This document shows positions 39,227-49,921 of a stretch of 64,000 nt of DNA, one piece after another. Each line of letters begins with the position of its first letter. Position 1 is the stretch's first letter. The translations under genes and the position numbers were made by a program. The stretch comes from Alphaproteobacteria bacterium. Its GTDB lineage: Bacteria; Pseudomonadota; Alphaproteobacteria; GCA-2731375. The stretch lies in assembly GCA_965225945.1 (NCBI GenBank), contig CBDDBZ010000038.1, forward strand, positions 256,001 through 320,000, given 5' to 3'. The notes below the pieces were generated by a model. That model searched no databases. It saw nothing but the letters and a program-made list of their open reading frames with translations, and was not told the origin of the DNA.

Positions 39227-41014
39227 ATGGCCCAAGCCTATCCGATCATCGAACATAGCTATGACGTCGTCGTGGTCGGCGCCGGCGGCTCGGGCCTGCG
39301 CGCGACCATGGGGCTGGCCCAGGCCGGCCTGTCGACGGCCTGTATCTCCAAGGTCTTCCCGACCCGCAGCCACACCGTCGCCGCCCAGGGCGGCATGGCC
39401 GCGGCGCTGGGCAACATGGGCGAGGACGACTGGCGCTGGCACATGTACGATACCGTCAAGGGGGCGGACTGGCTGGGCGATCAGGACGCCATCGAATACA
39501 TGTGCCGCGAGGCGCCGCGCGCCGTCCTGGAACTGGAGCACATGGGCCTGCCGTTCTCGCGAACCGAGGAGGGCAAGATCTACCAGCGCGCCTTCGGCGG
39601 CATGACCACGCGCTACGGCGAAGGCACGGCGCAGCGGACCTGTGCCGCCGCCGACCGCACCGGCCACGCCATCCTCCATACCCTCTACCAGCAGTCGCTG
39701 CGCTACGATTCCGACTTCTTCATCGAGTATTTCGCCCTCGACCTGATCGTCGAGGACGATGTCTGCCGGGGCGTGATGGCCTGGTCGTTGGAGGACGGCA
39801 CGATCCATCTGTTCCGGGCCCACATGGTGGTGTTGGCGACCGGCGGTTACGGGCGCTGCTACTTCTCCTGCACCTCGGCCCATACCTGCACCGGCGACGG
39901 CAACGCCATGGTGTTGCGCGCCGGCCTACCGTTGCAGGACATGGAGTTCGTGCAGTTCCACCCGACCGGGATTTACGGCGCCGGCATGCTGATCACCGAG
40001 GGCACGCGCGGCGAGGGCGCCTTCCTGACCAATTCCGAGGGCGAGCGGTTTATGGAGCGCTACGCGCCGAGCGCCAAGGACCTGGCGAGCCGCGACGTGG
40101 TCAGCCGCGCCATGACGCTCGAGATCCGCGAGGGCCGCGGCGTCGGCCCGAAGGGCGACCATATCCTGTTGCACCTCGACCATCTCGATCCCGAGGTGAT
40201 CGGGGAGCGGCTGCCCGGAATCTCCGAATCGGCGCGGATCTTCGCCGGCGTCGACGTCACGGCTGAGCCGATCCCGGTGCTGCCGACGGTGCACTACAAC
40301 ATGGGCGGCATCGCCACCAATTACCTGGGCGAGATGGTGACGCTCGAGGGCGAGGATCCGGACGCGATCGTGCCCGGCCTGATGGCGCTGGGCGAGGCCG
40401 CCTGCGTCTCGGTGCACGGGGCCAACCGGCTCGGCTCGAATTCGCTGATCGATCTCGTGGTCTTCGGCCGGGCGGCGGCGCTCCGCGCGGCCGAGGTGGT
40501 CGAGCCGGGCGCGCCGCACAGCGACCTGCCACGCGGCGCGACGGACCGCTGCCTGGCGCATTTCGACAAGCTGCGCCACGCCGACGGCGACACGCCCACC
40601 GCCCGGATCCGCGACGAAATGCAGCACACCATGCAGACCAACTGCGCCGTGTTCCGCACCGGCGAGGTGCTGGCTGACGGCATGGAGCTGATCAAGGGCG
40701 TCTGGTCGCGGATGGCGCACATCAAGGTGAGCGACCGCTCCCTGATCTGGAACTCCGATCTGGTGGAGACCTTGGAGCTCGACAATTTGCTGCGCCAGGC
40801 CCTGGTCACCATGGCCGCGGCCGGCAACCGAACCGAGAGTCGAGGGGCGCACGCCCGCGAGGACTTCCCCGATCGCGACGACGACGAATGGATGAAGCAC
40901 TCGCTCTCCTGGCTCGAGGACGACGGCACGGTCGAGATCGACTATCGCCCGGTACATACCTACACGCTCACCGACGACGTGCAGTACTTCCCGCCCAAGG
41001 CGCGGGTCTATTAG
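39227..41014 (+). CDS. sdhA: Succinate dehydrogenase flavoprotein
   Basis: [22 protein letters not shown] and [11 protein letters not shown]. Confidence 0.97.
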   Translation: MAQAYPIIEHSYDVVVVGAGGSGLRATMGLAQAGLSTACISKVFPTRSHTVAAQGGMAAALGNMGEDDWRWHMYDTVKGADWLGDQDAIEYMCREAPRAVLELEHMGLPFSRTEEGKIYQRAFGGMTTRYGEGTAQRTCAAADRTGHAILHTLYQQSLRYDSDFFIEYFALDLIVEDDVCRGVMAWSLEDGTIHLFRAHMVVLATGGYGRCYFSCTSAHTCTGDGNAMVLRAGLPLQDMEFVQFHPTGIYGAGMLITEGTRGEGAFLTNSEGERFMERYAPSAKDLASRDVVSRAMTLEIREGRGVGPKGDHILLHLDHLDPEVIGERLPGISESARIFAGVDVTAEPIPVLPTVHYNMGGIATNYLGEMVTLEGEDPDAIVPGLMALGEAACVSVHGANRLGSNSLIDLVVFGRAAALRAAEVVEPGAPHSDLPRGATDRCLAHFDKLRHADGDTPTARIRDEMQHTMQTNCAVFRTGEVLADGMELIKGVWSRMAHIKVSDRSLIWNSDLVETLELDNLLRQALVTMAAAGNRTESRGAHAREDFPDRDDDEWMKHSLSWLEDDGTVEIDYRPVHTYTLTDDVQYFPPKARVY

Positions 41015-41032
41015 AGATCGAGGGGATCGGGA

Positions 41033-41812
41033 ATGGTTAAATTCGCGCTGCCGGCCAATTCCAAGGTCGGGAAAGGCAAGCACTACAAGGCCTCGGGCGG
41101 TGGCGAGGTTCGCCGCTTCCGGGTCTATCGCTGGAATCCCGACGATGGTGCCAACCCCAGCCTCGACACCTACGAGCTCGACATGGCGAGTTGCGGGCCG
41201 ATGGTCCTGGACGCGCTGATCAAGATCAAGAACGAGATCGACCCGACGCTGACCTTCCGCCGCTCGTGTCGCGAAGGGGTTTGCGGCTCCTGCGCCATGA
41301 ACATCGGCGGCATCAATACGCTCGCCTGCACCCTGGCCAACGCCGAATTTGAGGGCGACATCGCCATCTATCCCCTGCCGCACTTGCCGGTGATCAAGGA
41401 TCTGGTGCCGGATCTCTCGAACTTCTTCGCCCAATACGCCTCCATCGAGCCGTGGCTGAAGTCCAAGACTCCGGCGCCGCCCGACGGCGAGCGGCCGCAG
41501 AGCGAAGACGACCGCCGCAAGCTCGATGGCCTTTACGAATGCATCCTGTGTGCCTGCTGCTCGACCAGTTGCCCGAGCTACTGGTGGAACGACGAGCGCT
41601 ATCTCGGCCCGGCGATTCTGCTGCAGTCCTATCGCTGGCTGATCGACAGCCGCGACGATGCCACCGGCGAGCGGCTCGACGACCTCGAGGACCCCTTCCG
41701 GCTCTATCGCTGCCACACGATTCTGAACTGCGCCAAGGCCTGCCCGAAGAACCTCAATCCGGCCAAGGCGATCGCCGAGATCAAGAAAATGATGGTCAAG
41801 CGGCGAATCTAG
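41033..41812 (+). CDS. sdhB: Succinate dehydrogenase Fe-S subunit
   Basis: [22 protein letters not shown] and CHTILNC. Confidence 0.97.
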   Translation: MVKFALPANSKVGKGKHYKASGGGEVRRFRVYRWNPDDGANPSLDTYELDMASCGPMVLDALIKIKNEIDPTLTFRRSCREGVCGSCAMNIGGINTLACTLANAEFEGDIAIYPLPHLPVIKDLVPDLSNFFAQYASIEPWLKSKTPAPPDGERPQSEDDRRKLDGLYECILCACCSTSCPSYWWNDERYLGPAILLQSYRWLIDSRDDATGERLDDLEDPFRLYRCHTILNCAKACPKNLNPAKAIAEIKKMMVKRRI

Positions 41813-41839
41813 GGGCGGCGCCAGCGAATCGCGTATCGG

Positions 41840-41865
41840 GAGCCGCCCTCGGGCGGCTCTTTTTT
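41840..41865 (+). terminator. Rho-independent terminator of sdhCDAB
   Basis: GAGCCGCCC-TC-GGGCGGCTC followed by T6. Confidence 0.9.
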
Positions 41866-42318
41866 GTGTGCCTGGCATGGCGCTGATCTAGGAGATGGAA
41901 GTTCTCTACGGGCCGTAACGACCGGAACCGATAGCTGAAGGCAACTGCGTCGCCGCGAGGCGGGGTGGGGAGGAAGCGGGAGGCAAAATCTGGAGCGGAC
42001 GAACAGAAACCGGATATCAGGCCGGTGCGATGGGGTAAGCCAGCAATGGATGGCGAGGCCCGATAGTCGTTCGGACGTCGCATTGGTAAATCCGGCCGCG
42101 ACCGGAGGAAAGATCAGCGTCTTACCCAGGGAGATCTCCAGCGCTCTCGGGCGATCCGAGTAGCGAACCGGCGACGGGGAGCGATGGCGGTGGAGAAGTC
42201 AGCCGAGGCCATAGTAGGGGCCGAGAGGCGCCGAAGGGCCGAATCCGAGTAGCAAGGAGCAGTCTGGATCAACTCGATGAGCGTGGAGCGGCGGCAAGGC
42301 GGTGTTTATCAACTGGAC

Positions 42319-43541
42319 CATGGTACACGACGGCATTTACGTAGGACGTTGAAAAGGTTGTAGGATTCCCGATTCACTCCACGACGAGTCAAGAGGGAAA
42401 TCATGCGAGACAACCCGATCAACGCCCTGCGTGAGACGCTACGATGCGGCTTCGCCTTTCGCAAGAGCCGTCTGGAGAGCCTTTGCGTCTTGGTCTTCGG
42501 CGTGTTCGTCGCCCGGACGGTGAACCTCTCTCACTTGGCCTGCCACTTTCCGGGGCGCGCGCGATCCAGCTCCAACTATCGGCGCCTGCAACGGTTTTTC
42601 GAGCAAGTCGATTTCGATTACGATCGCCTCGCCGAGTTCCTGGTCGCGATGATGGGGCTCCAGGCGGGGCCGTGGCGGCTGACCATGGACCGGACCAACT
42701 GGCGGCTGGGTCGCCGCGACGTCAACATCTTGATGATCGGCATCGTCAACCGCGCCATCGCCATTCCCGTGTGCTGGCGGGTGCTCGACAAGGCGGGCAA
42801 TTCCAATACCAAGGAGCGGATCGCGATCCTCGAACACGTCCTCCGGCTCTTCGGGGTCGACAAGATCGCCAGCCTCCTGGCCGACCGGGAATTCATCGGC
42901 GACGCCTGGCTGGCATGGTTGCAGGAAAAGGCCATCCCCTTTCACATCCGCATCCGATCCAACATCAAGATCGCCAACACGCGTGGTCGCATGGTCAAGG
43001 CGAGGGAGCTGTTTCGCGACCTCAAACCCGGGGAAAGCCGCATCCTCTCCAACGCCAGGCGCCTCTCGGAGGCCAGAAAACCCAAGGCCAGGCCCGTCTT
43101 CGTCGCCGCGCTCCATCTCAAGACCGGCGAACTGTTGATCGTCGTGACCAACGACGCGCCCGAGGAGGCCTTGGCCATCTACGCCCAGCGCTGGCAAATC
43201 GAGACCCTCTTCGCCGCCTTGAAAACCCGTGGCTTCAACCTCGAAGACACCCACATGACCGACCCGGAGCGCATCTCCAAGCTCACCGCCGTCCTTTCCA
43301 TCACCTTCTGCTGGGCGCACAAAGTCGGCGATTGGCTCCACGAGGCCGAGCCGATCCGCCTCAAAACCCACAAAAGGATGGCAAAATCCATCTTCCGATA
43401 CGGTTTCGAGTGGATAAGGCGACAGCTCGTCAATCCTATCGACAGGCGTCAAGCCATTGAGCTGATTCGTTTCCTCGTCCCCGGAAAACCACCAGTCCAG
43501 GTGCCCAGGCCAAAGCCAGCATGAACGAGTCGTGTACTGTG
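42319..43541 (+). mobile_element. IS4-family element, copy 2, 9-bp TSD CAACTGGAC
   Basis: TSD at 42310-42318 and 43542-43550. Confidence 0.95.
42403..43524 (+). CDS. IS4-family transposase
   Basis: Same protein as 3477-4598. Confidence 0.92.
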   Translation: MRDNPINALRETLRCGFAFRKSRLESLCVLVFGVFVARTVNLSHLACHFPGRARSSSNYRRLQRFFEQVDFDYDRLAEFLVAMMGLQAGPWRLTMDRTNWRLGRRDVNILMIGIVNRAIAIPVCWRVLDKAGNSNTKERIAILEHVLRLFGVDKIASLLADREFIGDAWLAWLQEKAIPFHIRIRSNIKIANTRGRMVKARELFRDLKPGESRILSNARRLSEARKPKARPVFVAALHLKTGELLIVVTNDAPEEALAIYAQRWQIETLFAALKTRGFNLEDTHMTDPERISKLTAVLSITFCWAHKVGDWLHEAEPIRLKTHKRMAKSIFRYGFEWIRRQLVNPIDRRQAIELIRFLVPGKPPVQVPRPKPA

Positions 43542-44948
43542 CAACTGGACCTTTTTGACGAGGCCCTGATGAAGACGCTGCGCCCCGAGGCCTCCGGTGA
43601 CGGCGGAACCGGAACTGGACCCTGCGAGGAGCCACAAGCGATCACGGCGTTGGAACAGCAACGAGCCTTGACGCAAGACCTGATGGAACGGGTGGTGAGT
43701 TCAGCCAACCTGAGCCAAGCCTACAGGCGGGTGAAGGCGAATAAGGGGTCGGCGGGGGTGGATGGGATGACCATCCTAGACCTACGGCCCTGGCTCGCCG
43801 ATCACAAGGATGCGCTGGTGGCGCAGTGGGCCCGAGGCGGTTATCGGCCACAACCGGTGAAGGGGGTCTCGATTCCCAAGCCGGGGGGCGGGATGCGGCA
43901 ATTGGGCATCCCGACGGTGCTGGACCGTCTGGTTCAGCAAGCCATCCTGCAAGTCCTTCAGCCAATTCTCGATCCGGCTTTCTCGGGTTCGAGTTTTGGC
44001 TTCCGTCCGGGACGGAGCGCCCACGATGCTCTGGCCCAAGCAGGCAAATACGTCGCCGAAGGCCACGGGATCGTGGTCGACCTGGATTTGGAGACGTTCT
44101 TCGACCGGGTCAAGCACGACATTCTGATGTCCCGACTGGCTGGGCGCATTGGCGACAAGCGCCTGCTGCGCATCATCCGGCGTTTCCTGCAAGCGGGGAT
44201 GATGCAAGCCGGCGTCTGCATCCGGCGCCATGAGGGTACGCCGCAAGGCGGCCCGCTGTCGCCGCTGCTGGCCAATCTTCTACTGGACGACCTGGACCAG
44301 ATGCTGGAGGCGCGGGGCCATCGCTTCTGCCGTTACGCCGACGATGTGAACATCTATGTTCGCAGCCAGGCGGCGGGCGAACGGGTGATGGCCTCGGTGG
44401 CCAAATTCCTCCAAGGCAGGTTGCATCTTCAGATCAACCAGGAGAAAAGTGCCGTCGCTCCGGTCTGGGAACGCAGGTTCCTCGGCCACCGACTTTTGCC
44501 GGATGGATCGCTCGGCATTGCGCCCCAAAGCCTGCGGCGGGCGAAGCAACGGGTTCGCGAAATCACCCGGCGCAACCGGGGCGTCAGCCTCGCGCGCATG
44601 GTCGGCGAGCTGAACAGCTTCCTCGCCGGTTGGGTGACGTATTTCCGCCATGCCCGTTGCGGGAGACAACTACGGCGTCTCGACGGATGGATCCGCCGAA
44701 AACTGCGCTGTGTCCGGCTCAAGCAATGCAAGCGCACCAAGGCGCAAGCGGATTTTCTGCGAAGCCTTGGGGTGCCCGAATGGCGGGCATGGATCTTGGC
44801 TCTCTCCGGCAAGGGCTGGTGGCGCAAGTCCCTCAGCCCCCAAGCCACCGAGGCCATGACCCTGGCTTGGTTCGACGGCCAGGGGCTCATCCCCCTAGCC
44901 GACAGGTTCCGAGCGTTGCAACTAACCGGAAACCGCCATGGTACGTAG
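43521..44948 (+). CDS. ltrA: Group II intron reverse transcriptase/maturase without an En domain; the first 7 codons come from the IS
   Basis: GSAGVDG, RQLGIPTVLDR, GTPQGGPLSPLL, RYADD and domain X. The native start is 42277 (MSVERRQGGVYQLD). Confidence 0.88.
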   Translation: MNESCTVQLDLFDEALMKTLRPEASGDGGTGTGPCEEPQAITALEQQRALTQDLMERVVSSANLSQAYRRVKANKGSAGVDGMTILDLRPWLADHKDALVAQWARGGYRPQPVKGVSIPKPGGGMRQLGIPTVLDRLVQQAILQVLQPILDPAFSGSSFGFRPGRSAHDALAQAGKYVAEGHGIVVDLDLETFFDRVKHDILMSRLAGRIGDKRLLRIIRRFLQAGMMQAGVCIRRHEGTPQGGPLSPLLANLLLDDLDQMLEARGHRFCRYADDVNIYVRSQAAGERVMASVAKFLQGRLHLQINQEKSAVAPVWERRFLGHRLLPDGSLGIAPQSLRRAKQRVREITRRNRGVSLARMVGELNSFLAGWVTYFRHARCGRQLRRLDGWIRRKLRCVRLKQCKRTKAQADFLRSLGVPEWRAWILALSGKGWWRKSLSPQATEAMTLAWFDGQGLIPLADRFRALQLTGNRHGT

Positions 44949-45025
44949 AACGTATGCCCGGTGGTGTGGGAGGCGGGAACCGCGAGGAACCCGCCTACCC
45001 GATTGGTTCTTCGCGGATTGAATTA

Positions 45026-46050
45026 GGCTCAATTCGTGAATTGTATGCGTCACCTTGTTACGGCGGCGGCGAGGCAGGCTCGGTCATTGGCGCCGGGGGC
45101 GAGGCCGACGAGGTGGAACCAGCTCAGGTAGTTGTCCAGATAGCGGGTGGCGATGCCGCGGCGGGGACGCAGGAAGTCCTTCAACCGGCTGTGGCGGCTG
45201 TTCACCGTCTGCACATGCAGATCGCCCCGAACCCGTTCCCCCATCGAGCGGTTGAGTGCTTCGTGGCTCACCCCGAGCGCGGCGGCGCACGGTGGGTAGC
45301 TCGCGCCGCCGTCGGAGACCAGCAGGGCGTCCTTCGCGACCACCGGGTCGAGGGCAGCCGTGAGCGCCGCCGCATCGACCCTGGGCAGCACCGCGCTGAC
45401 CGTCGTTCCGCTCCGGTCCGCCGCCATGAGAACCGGTACCTGCTCGCGCGAGAGGCCGCGCTTCTTCGCCTTGCCGCCCCGCCGCCGTGCCTTGCGCCCC
45501 AGCCCGCGCGCGCCCTTCCGGCTCTCCAGGACGTAGGTCTCGTCCGCTTCCACGATCCCCTTGAGCACCTCCGAATCGCTTCGCGCCGCCGCCAGAAACC
45601 GGTGACGCCAGCGGAACGCCGTGCTCACCGCCACGTCGCAGCGCGCCGCCGAGGCCTTCACCGTCTCCCCCTTCGCCAGCGACGCCCCGAACGACAGCCA
45701 GCGTTCCTTGTGGTGCAAGCCCGACAGCGGCGTACCGCTCAGCGCGTTGAAGGTCCTGCCGCAGCCCTTGCACTGGTAGCGCCGCAGACCCCGCGCCATA
45801 CCGCGCGAAACCGCCCCTTCGCTCGCGCAGTGCGGACAGCGCCGGGCCTCGTCCACACCAAGCTCGATCGCGGCCTTCGATGCCTCGCCCTCGCTCCGGC
45901 CCGACAGCACCGCGAGCGCCTCGCGCCGCTACGCGCGCGTCAGCCCGCGCGCCGCCGAAAGCCACACCTGGAAACCCTTGCTGTCCATAACCCAACCTCC
46001 TGACGTTCCAGGCACTCTATCACTAATGCATACAATTCACGAATTGAGCC
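45026..46050 (-). mobile_element. IS1595-family element with perfect 23-bp IRs and an 8-bp TSD TTGAATTA
   Basis: GGCTCAATTCGTGAATTGTATGC and its reverse complement at the ends; TSD at 45018-45025 and 46051-46058. Confidence 0.92.
45050..45988 (-). pseudogene. IS1595 transposase with a premature TAG at codon 20
   Basis: MDSKGFQVWLSAARGLTRA*RREAL; CPHC..CKGC zinc ribbon, VEADETY, SDG, and TVNSRHSRLK. Confidence 0.8.
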
Positions 46051-46894
46051 TTGAATTAAGCGTAGGTTGCCCAAGTAATGCCGCGTGGTACTCGAGGCAG
46101 TTGGGACATATGTGCCCCAATAAATCGACGTTTCTCAAGCAAGACGACGACGCACTATCAATTGTGACACACAATCCGATCGGGCAATCGATTACTGGAA
46201 CAGGAAATAAACGCGACAATCAGCGCCGCCCCGGCGAAACACCGTGGAAAGGTCATAGGTGAATCCCGCTTGCCGCAAAAGCTTTCCTCGGTTGTCCGGA
46301 TAAACGTTGACGATGCCGATATGCCCGATCAGGTCGTTGTCCGTGCCGAAAAACGCTTTGGGCAAGGACGAGAGGTGGCCCGCGAGTTGTGCCGACAGGT
46401 CTAGCTTTTTTATCACTTGGCGGGCCGTCCTAGCGCCGGCCCTAGCGGCGGTCCGCGAAACGCCGCGCTTGACCACGTGTTTCGCCAAAGTGCGCGTTCC
46501 GCGGGTTAGGGCAAAATCCACGGCGACTTCGGTCAATTGTTCGACCACCGGGCCGCCGTCGTCGTATTCCCACAGGGTGACTTGCAAAGTCAGGGGCTGC
46601 GACGGACCGGTCCACAGCCGACGTCCTTTTCCGGCGCGCTTGCTGCCGTTTTTCAGCAACGTCGACGTCCTTTTCCGGCGCGCTTGCTGCCGTTTTTCAT
46701 GTTTTTGTAGTATTTGCCGCGGCCTGGCAACGTCGAACTGTACGTGCTTCCGTTTGCGTCGACGACGACGACGCTGGCGAAAATTTCATTGGCCGGATAG
46801 AGCGCGCTGTCCTTCTGCACCTTGCGGCAGTACAGCCCCTGATAAGTCAGTGTGTATGGTGTATCGCACCCGGTTCCTTGGACACAAGTTTGTC

Positions 46895-47806
46895 TCATGC
46901 GGCGGGCCTGAGTGACATCGCGGTGTGCCACGCCTGACGAGCTTGAGCGGGGCTCAGGTAGCCGTTCTTCTCCACGATCCACTGGGCATTGTACTGTTCG
47001 ACGAACCCGCGGACGGCGTTCCGCAGCTCCGCGATGTTGCGGTAGATGCGGCCATGGATGATCTGTTCCTTGAGCGTGCGATTGAACCTCTCGGCGACGC
47101 CGTTGGTCTGGGGCTGTTCGACGAAGGCGTAGGACGGCTGGATGCCCCAGAACTTGATCTGGTTGGTGAAGTGGTCCGACAGATACTGGGAGCCGTGATC
47201 CATCCGCAAGGCCAGCCCCCGCGCCGCACCGGCGGAGGTCGAGGCATACAGCCTCGCAAGCCCCATGGAGATCGGCTGAAGGGCGGCGAAGCGGTCGCCT
47301 CGCTTGCACACATGCCAGCCGACGCACTCGGCGTTCCAATGCTCGATGGCGGTGAATATCCAGCCCCAGCCGTCGTCCACCGTGAACACCCGAACGCCGT
47401 CCGTGCCCCACATGAGGTTGGGGGCATGGGTGATGATCTCACCGACATGGGGATTTCCGCCACGGCGGCGGCAGCGATGGGGCGAGAGCAGGTTGTTCTC
47501 GCGCATCACCCGGAGCACCCGCTTGCGGGAAACACGGATGCCACGACAGACCCGAAGCCGAGCCCAGACCTTGCGGTGTCCCTCGCCCTCCCAGGGGGAT
47601 GCCTCCAGGTCGGCCTCGATGGCCACCAGCAGAGCCTCGTCCGAGATCGAGGGCTTCGGTCCCCGGCGCTTTGCTGGTGGGCGCTCAGCGGTGGCCTGCT
47701 GCCGGGATTTCATGGCGTAGAACGAGGAACGGGCAAAACCCCAGGCCGCACAGACCCGCTGGAGGCCGTAGGCCAAACCCGTGCCGGGAGAGGTGGCGGC
47801 ACTCAT
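46895..47806 (-). CDS. IS3-like OrfB with an rve integrase core
   Basis: WGTDG, RMDHGSQY and NGVAERFNRTLKE. Confidence 0.88.
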   Translation of the reverse strand: MSAATSPGTGLAYGLQRVCAAWGFARSSFYAMKSRQQATAERPPAKRRGPKPSISDEALLVAIEADLEASPWEGEGHRKVWARLRVCRGIRVSRKRVLRVMRENNLLSPHRCRRRGGNPHVGEIITHAPNLMWGTDGVRVFTVDDGWGWIFTAIEHWNAECVGWHVCKRGDRFAALQPISMGLARLYASTSAGAARGLALRMDHGSQYLSDHFTNQIKFWGIQPSYAFVEQPQTNGVAERFNRTLKEQIIHGRIYRNIAELRNAVRGFVEQYNAQWIVEKNGYLSPAQARQAWHTAMSLRPAA

Positions 47807-48234
47807 CGCCGCGACCTCCGCCGCCCCAAAGGGCCGGACGTCTCCGTCTTGGCCTCCAGCAGTTCCACCTGCATGATCAACTCCCCGATCCGCTTCATGG
47901 CGATGTCCAGTTCCGCCTTTACCGGATCGCCCTTGCGTTCCTTGAGCGAGGCATCGATCCCGGCGATCGCCTTCTCACGCCACTGCTCGAGCCGGAAAAT
48001 CTCCACGCCCAACTGCCGCGACAAAAGTTCCACCGGCTCGCCACGCAAAAGCCGCAGGGCAACCTCACGCTTGCGCGTCACCGTCCACCGCTGGCCAAGT
48101 CCCAGCGGGCCTGCCGGCGAAACCTGGCCCGGGGAAAACGTGGACGAGCCAAGCTCGCCCTCGTTTACCACAGGCCCATCAACAGCAACTTTGTTCTCAA
48201 AATTGTCGGTCATGTTCCGGTCCTCCTTGGACAC
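47803..48234 (-). CDS. IS3-like OrfA (HTH + leucine zipper)
   Basis: RKREVALRLLRGE..LSRQLGV; ATGA overlap with orfB. Confidence 0.8.
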   Translation of the reverse strand: MSKEDRNMTDNFENKVAVDGPVVNEGELGSSTFSPGQVSPAGPLGLGQRWTVTRKREVALRLLRGEPVELLSRQLGVEIFRLEQWREKAIAGIDASLKERKGDPVKAELDIAMKRIGELIMQVELLEAKTETSGPLGRRRSRR

Positions 48235-48662
48235 TTCGATTAAACCAATTCTGTGTCCAAGGAAATCGGGTCCGACTCAGTCAGTGTGTATGGCCGCCTG
48301 GCCTTTGCCTACTGTTGCCGTTCATGCGCCAAGTCTTGTTGCGTCTCGACGATGGCCTCTCTGTAGGCGGGGCGTCGATCAATTGCGTATGCGTGTTTGT
48401 AATCGGCCAACGCGCCTTCCCAATCGTCGAGTTTCCGTTTCGAATACCCGCGATAAAATATGCCTGGCCAAGCCGCGGATCGAACTGAAGCGCATTGTTA
48501 AAGCTGTGGACGGCGTCGCGGTGTAGCCTGTCGGTTTGCTGATGGAAACCGCGCATTAGAAAGGCAATGGACATATCATCCCGCGTCAATCGGCCGGAAG
48601 CGATGGCGAGCCTGCAGTACTCCGCCCGTGCACGGGCATTCCCCCCTTCGGCGAAGCACTGA

Positions 48663-49836
48663 TACCAATCGGCCTTGAGGGAGACTCACTTTGAGGATTC
48701 CCATGGTGGATGATTTCTGACTCAATTCCGGTGATTCGGAGTTGAGGAGGTTCACCATGGGAGCGGCGATCGGGTTACGAGAGGATTTCGATGCGGCGGA
48801 GCTGCGTCGCTTGGCGAAGCTTTCCAAGGATGCCGGCCAGAGCCGCCGGCTCTTGGCTCTCGCGGTGATCTATGACGGTGGGCGGCGGACGGATGCGGCA
48901 CGGACCGGCCACGTGGGGCTTCAGGTGATCCGAGATTGGGTGTTGCATTTCAACGCCGAGGGCCCGGACGGCTTGATCGATCGCAAGGCGCCCGGTGCGG
49001 TGGCGAAGCTCGACGATGCACAACGCCAGGCGCTGGGGGCACGCGTCGATGCGGGGCCGAACCCGGCGGTCGACGGCGTGGTGCGCTGGCGGCTGAAGGA
49101 TCTGGCGGGCTGGATCCGGGATATGTTCGCGATCTCGCTCGACGAGACCACGGTGAGCCGGGAATTGAAGGCGATGGGCTTCACGAAGATGACGGCGCGT
49201 CCGCGCCACCATGCCCAGGAGGAGGGCGTCATCGAGGATTTTAAAAAAAATTCCCCGAGCTGGTGGCGCAAGCCCGCCGGCGCCTGCCCGACGGCACCGA
49301 GATAGAAATCTGGTGGCAGGACGAAGCCCGTGTCGGCCAGAAGAACAAGATCACTCGGCGCTGGGCGCGGCGCGGAACCCGGCCCCGCGCACCGCATGAC
49401 CAGCGCACCAAATCAGCCTATATCTTCGGCGCCATCTGTCCCGAACGCGGCGTCGGCGCCGCCCTCGTGCTCCCCCACTGCGACACCCAGGCCATGCAGC
49501 TGCATCTGGAGGAGATCTCCTCCCGGGTAGGCGCGCGCGCGCATGCCCTCCTGCTCCTCGATCAGGCGGGTTGGCACACCACGGACAAGCTGAAGATCCC
49601 CGCCAACGTTACCCTCCTGCCCCTGCCACCACGCTCGCCGGAGCTCAATCCGACCGAAAACATCTGGCAGTTCATGCGCGACAACTGGCTGTCCAACTTG
49701 GTCTTCCAATCCGACGAGCAGATCATCACCTCCTGCTGCTGCGAAGCCTGGAACAAGCTCATCGATCAACCATGGAACATCACGTCCATCGGGCGGCGTA
49801 AATGGGCGCATGAGTTCTGATTAATGCCGATTGGTA
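48663..49836 (+). mobile_element. Second type of IS630-family element with a split transposase
   Basis: IR TACCAATCGGC / GCCGATTGGTA; inserted at a TA. Confidence 0.85.
48757..49820 (+). CDS. IS630 transposase expressed through a -1 frameshift or slippage at TTTTAAAAAAAA (49239-49250)
   Basis: OrfA HTH ends EDFKK; OrfB has WQDEAR, LDQAGWH and SPELNPTE. Confidence 0.8.
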
Positions 49837-49921
49837 TAAGCTCGCGCGGTGTCGAACTCCTGTGGCGACATTGCCGACGCCGTACCCAGCAGAAAAATCG
49901 AAACAACGGCAGCACCAACTA

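Larger units (their letters stand above)
41866..45003 (+). mobile_element. Group IIC (class C) intron inserted directly after the terminator, with a nested IS4
   Basis: 5' GTGTGCCTGGCATGG; domain V AACCGCCATGGTACG...GGTGGT with CGC triad; domain VI ends CCTACCCGAT; RT ORF present. Confidence 0.9.
46860..48279 (-). mobile_element. IS3-like two-ORF element with a 14-bp flanking direct repeat
   Basis: IRs TGTATCGCACCCGGTTCCTTGGACAC / TGAGTCGGACCCGATTTCCTTGGACAC; GTCAGTGTGTATGG at 46846-46859 and 48280-48293. Confidence 0.85.

Noticed and set aside
39926-41878. Long antisense or alternate-frame ORFs (also 16037-17701, 34751-36499, 51610-53469, 55870-57984, 61578-63338)
   Set aside because: These are shadow ORFs of high-GC genes and show no recognisable motifs.
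43521-44948. Retron, DGR or defence-associated RT
   Set aside because: It has intron boundaries, domains V/VI, a maturase domain and a post-terminator site. No msr-msd or TR/VR pair is seen.
45929-48315. Genome-wide amber (TAG) recoding suggested by in-frame TAGs at 8858, 45929 and ~48310
   Set aside because: Many intact genes (cupin, dctP, dctM, sdhA, sdhB, prpE) end in TAG, and two of the three affected genes carry other lesions.
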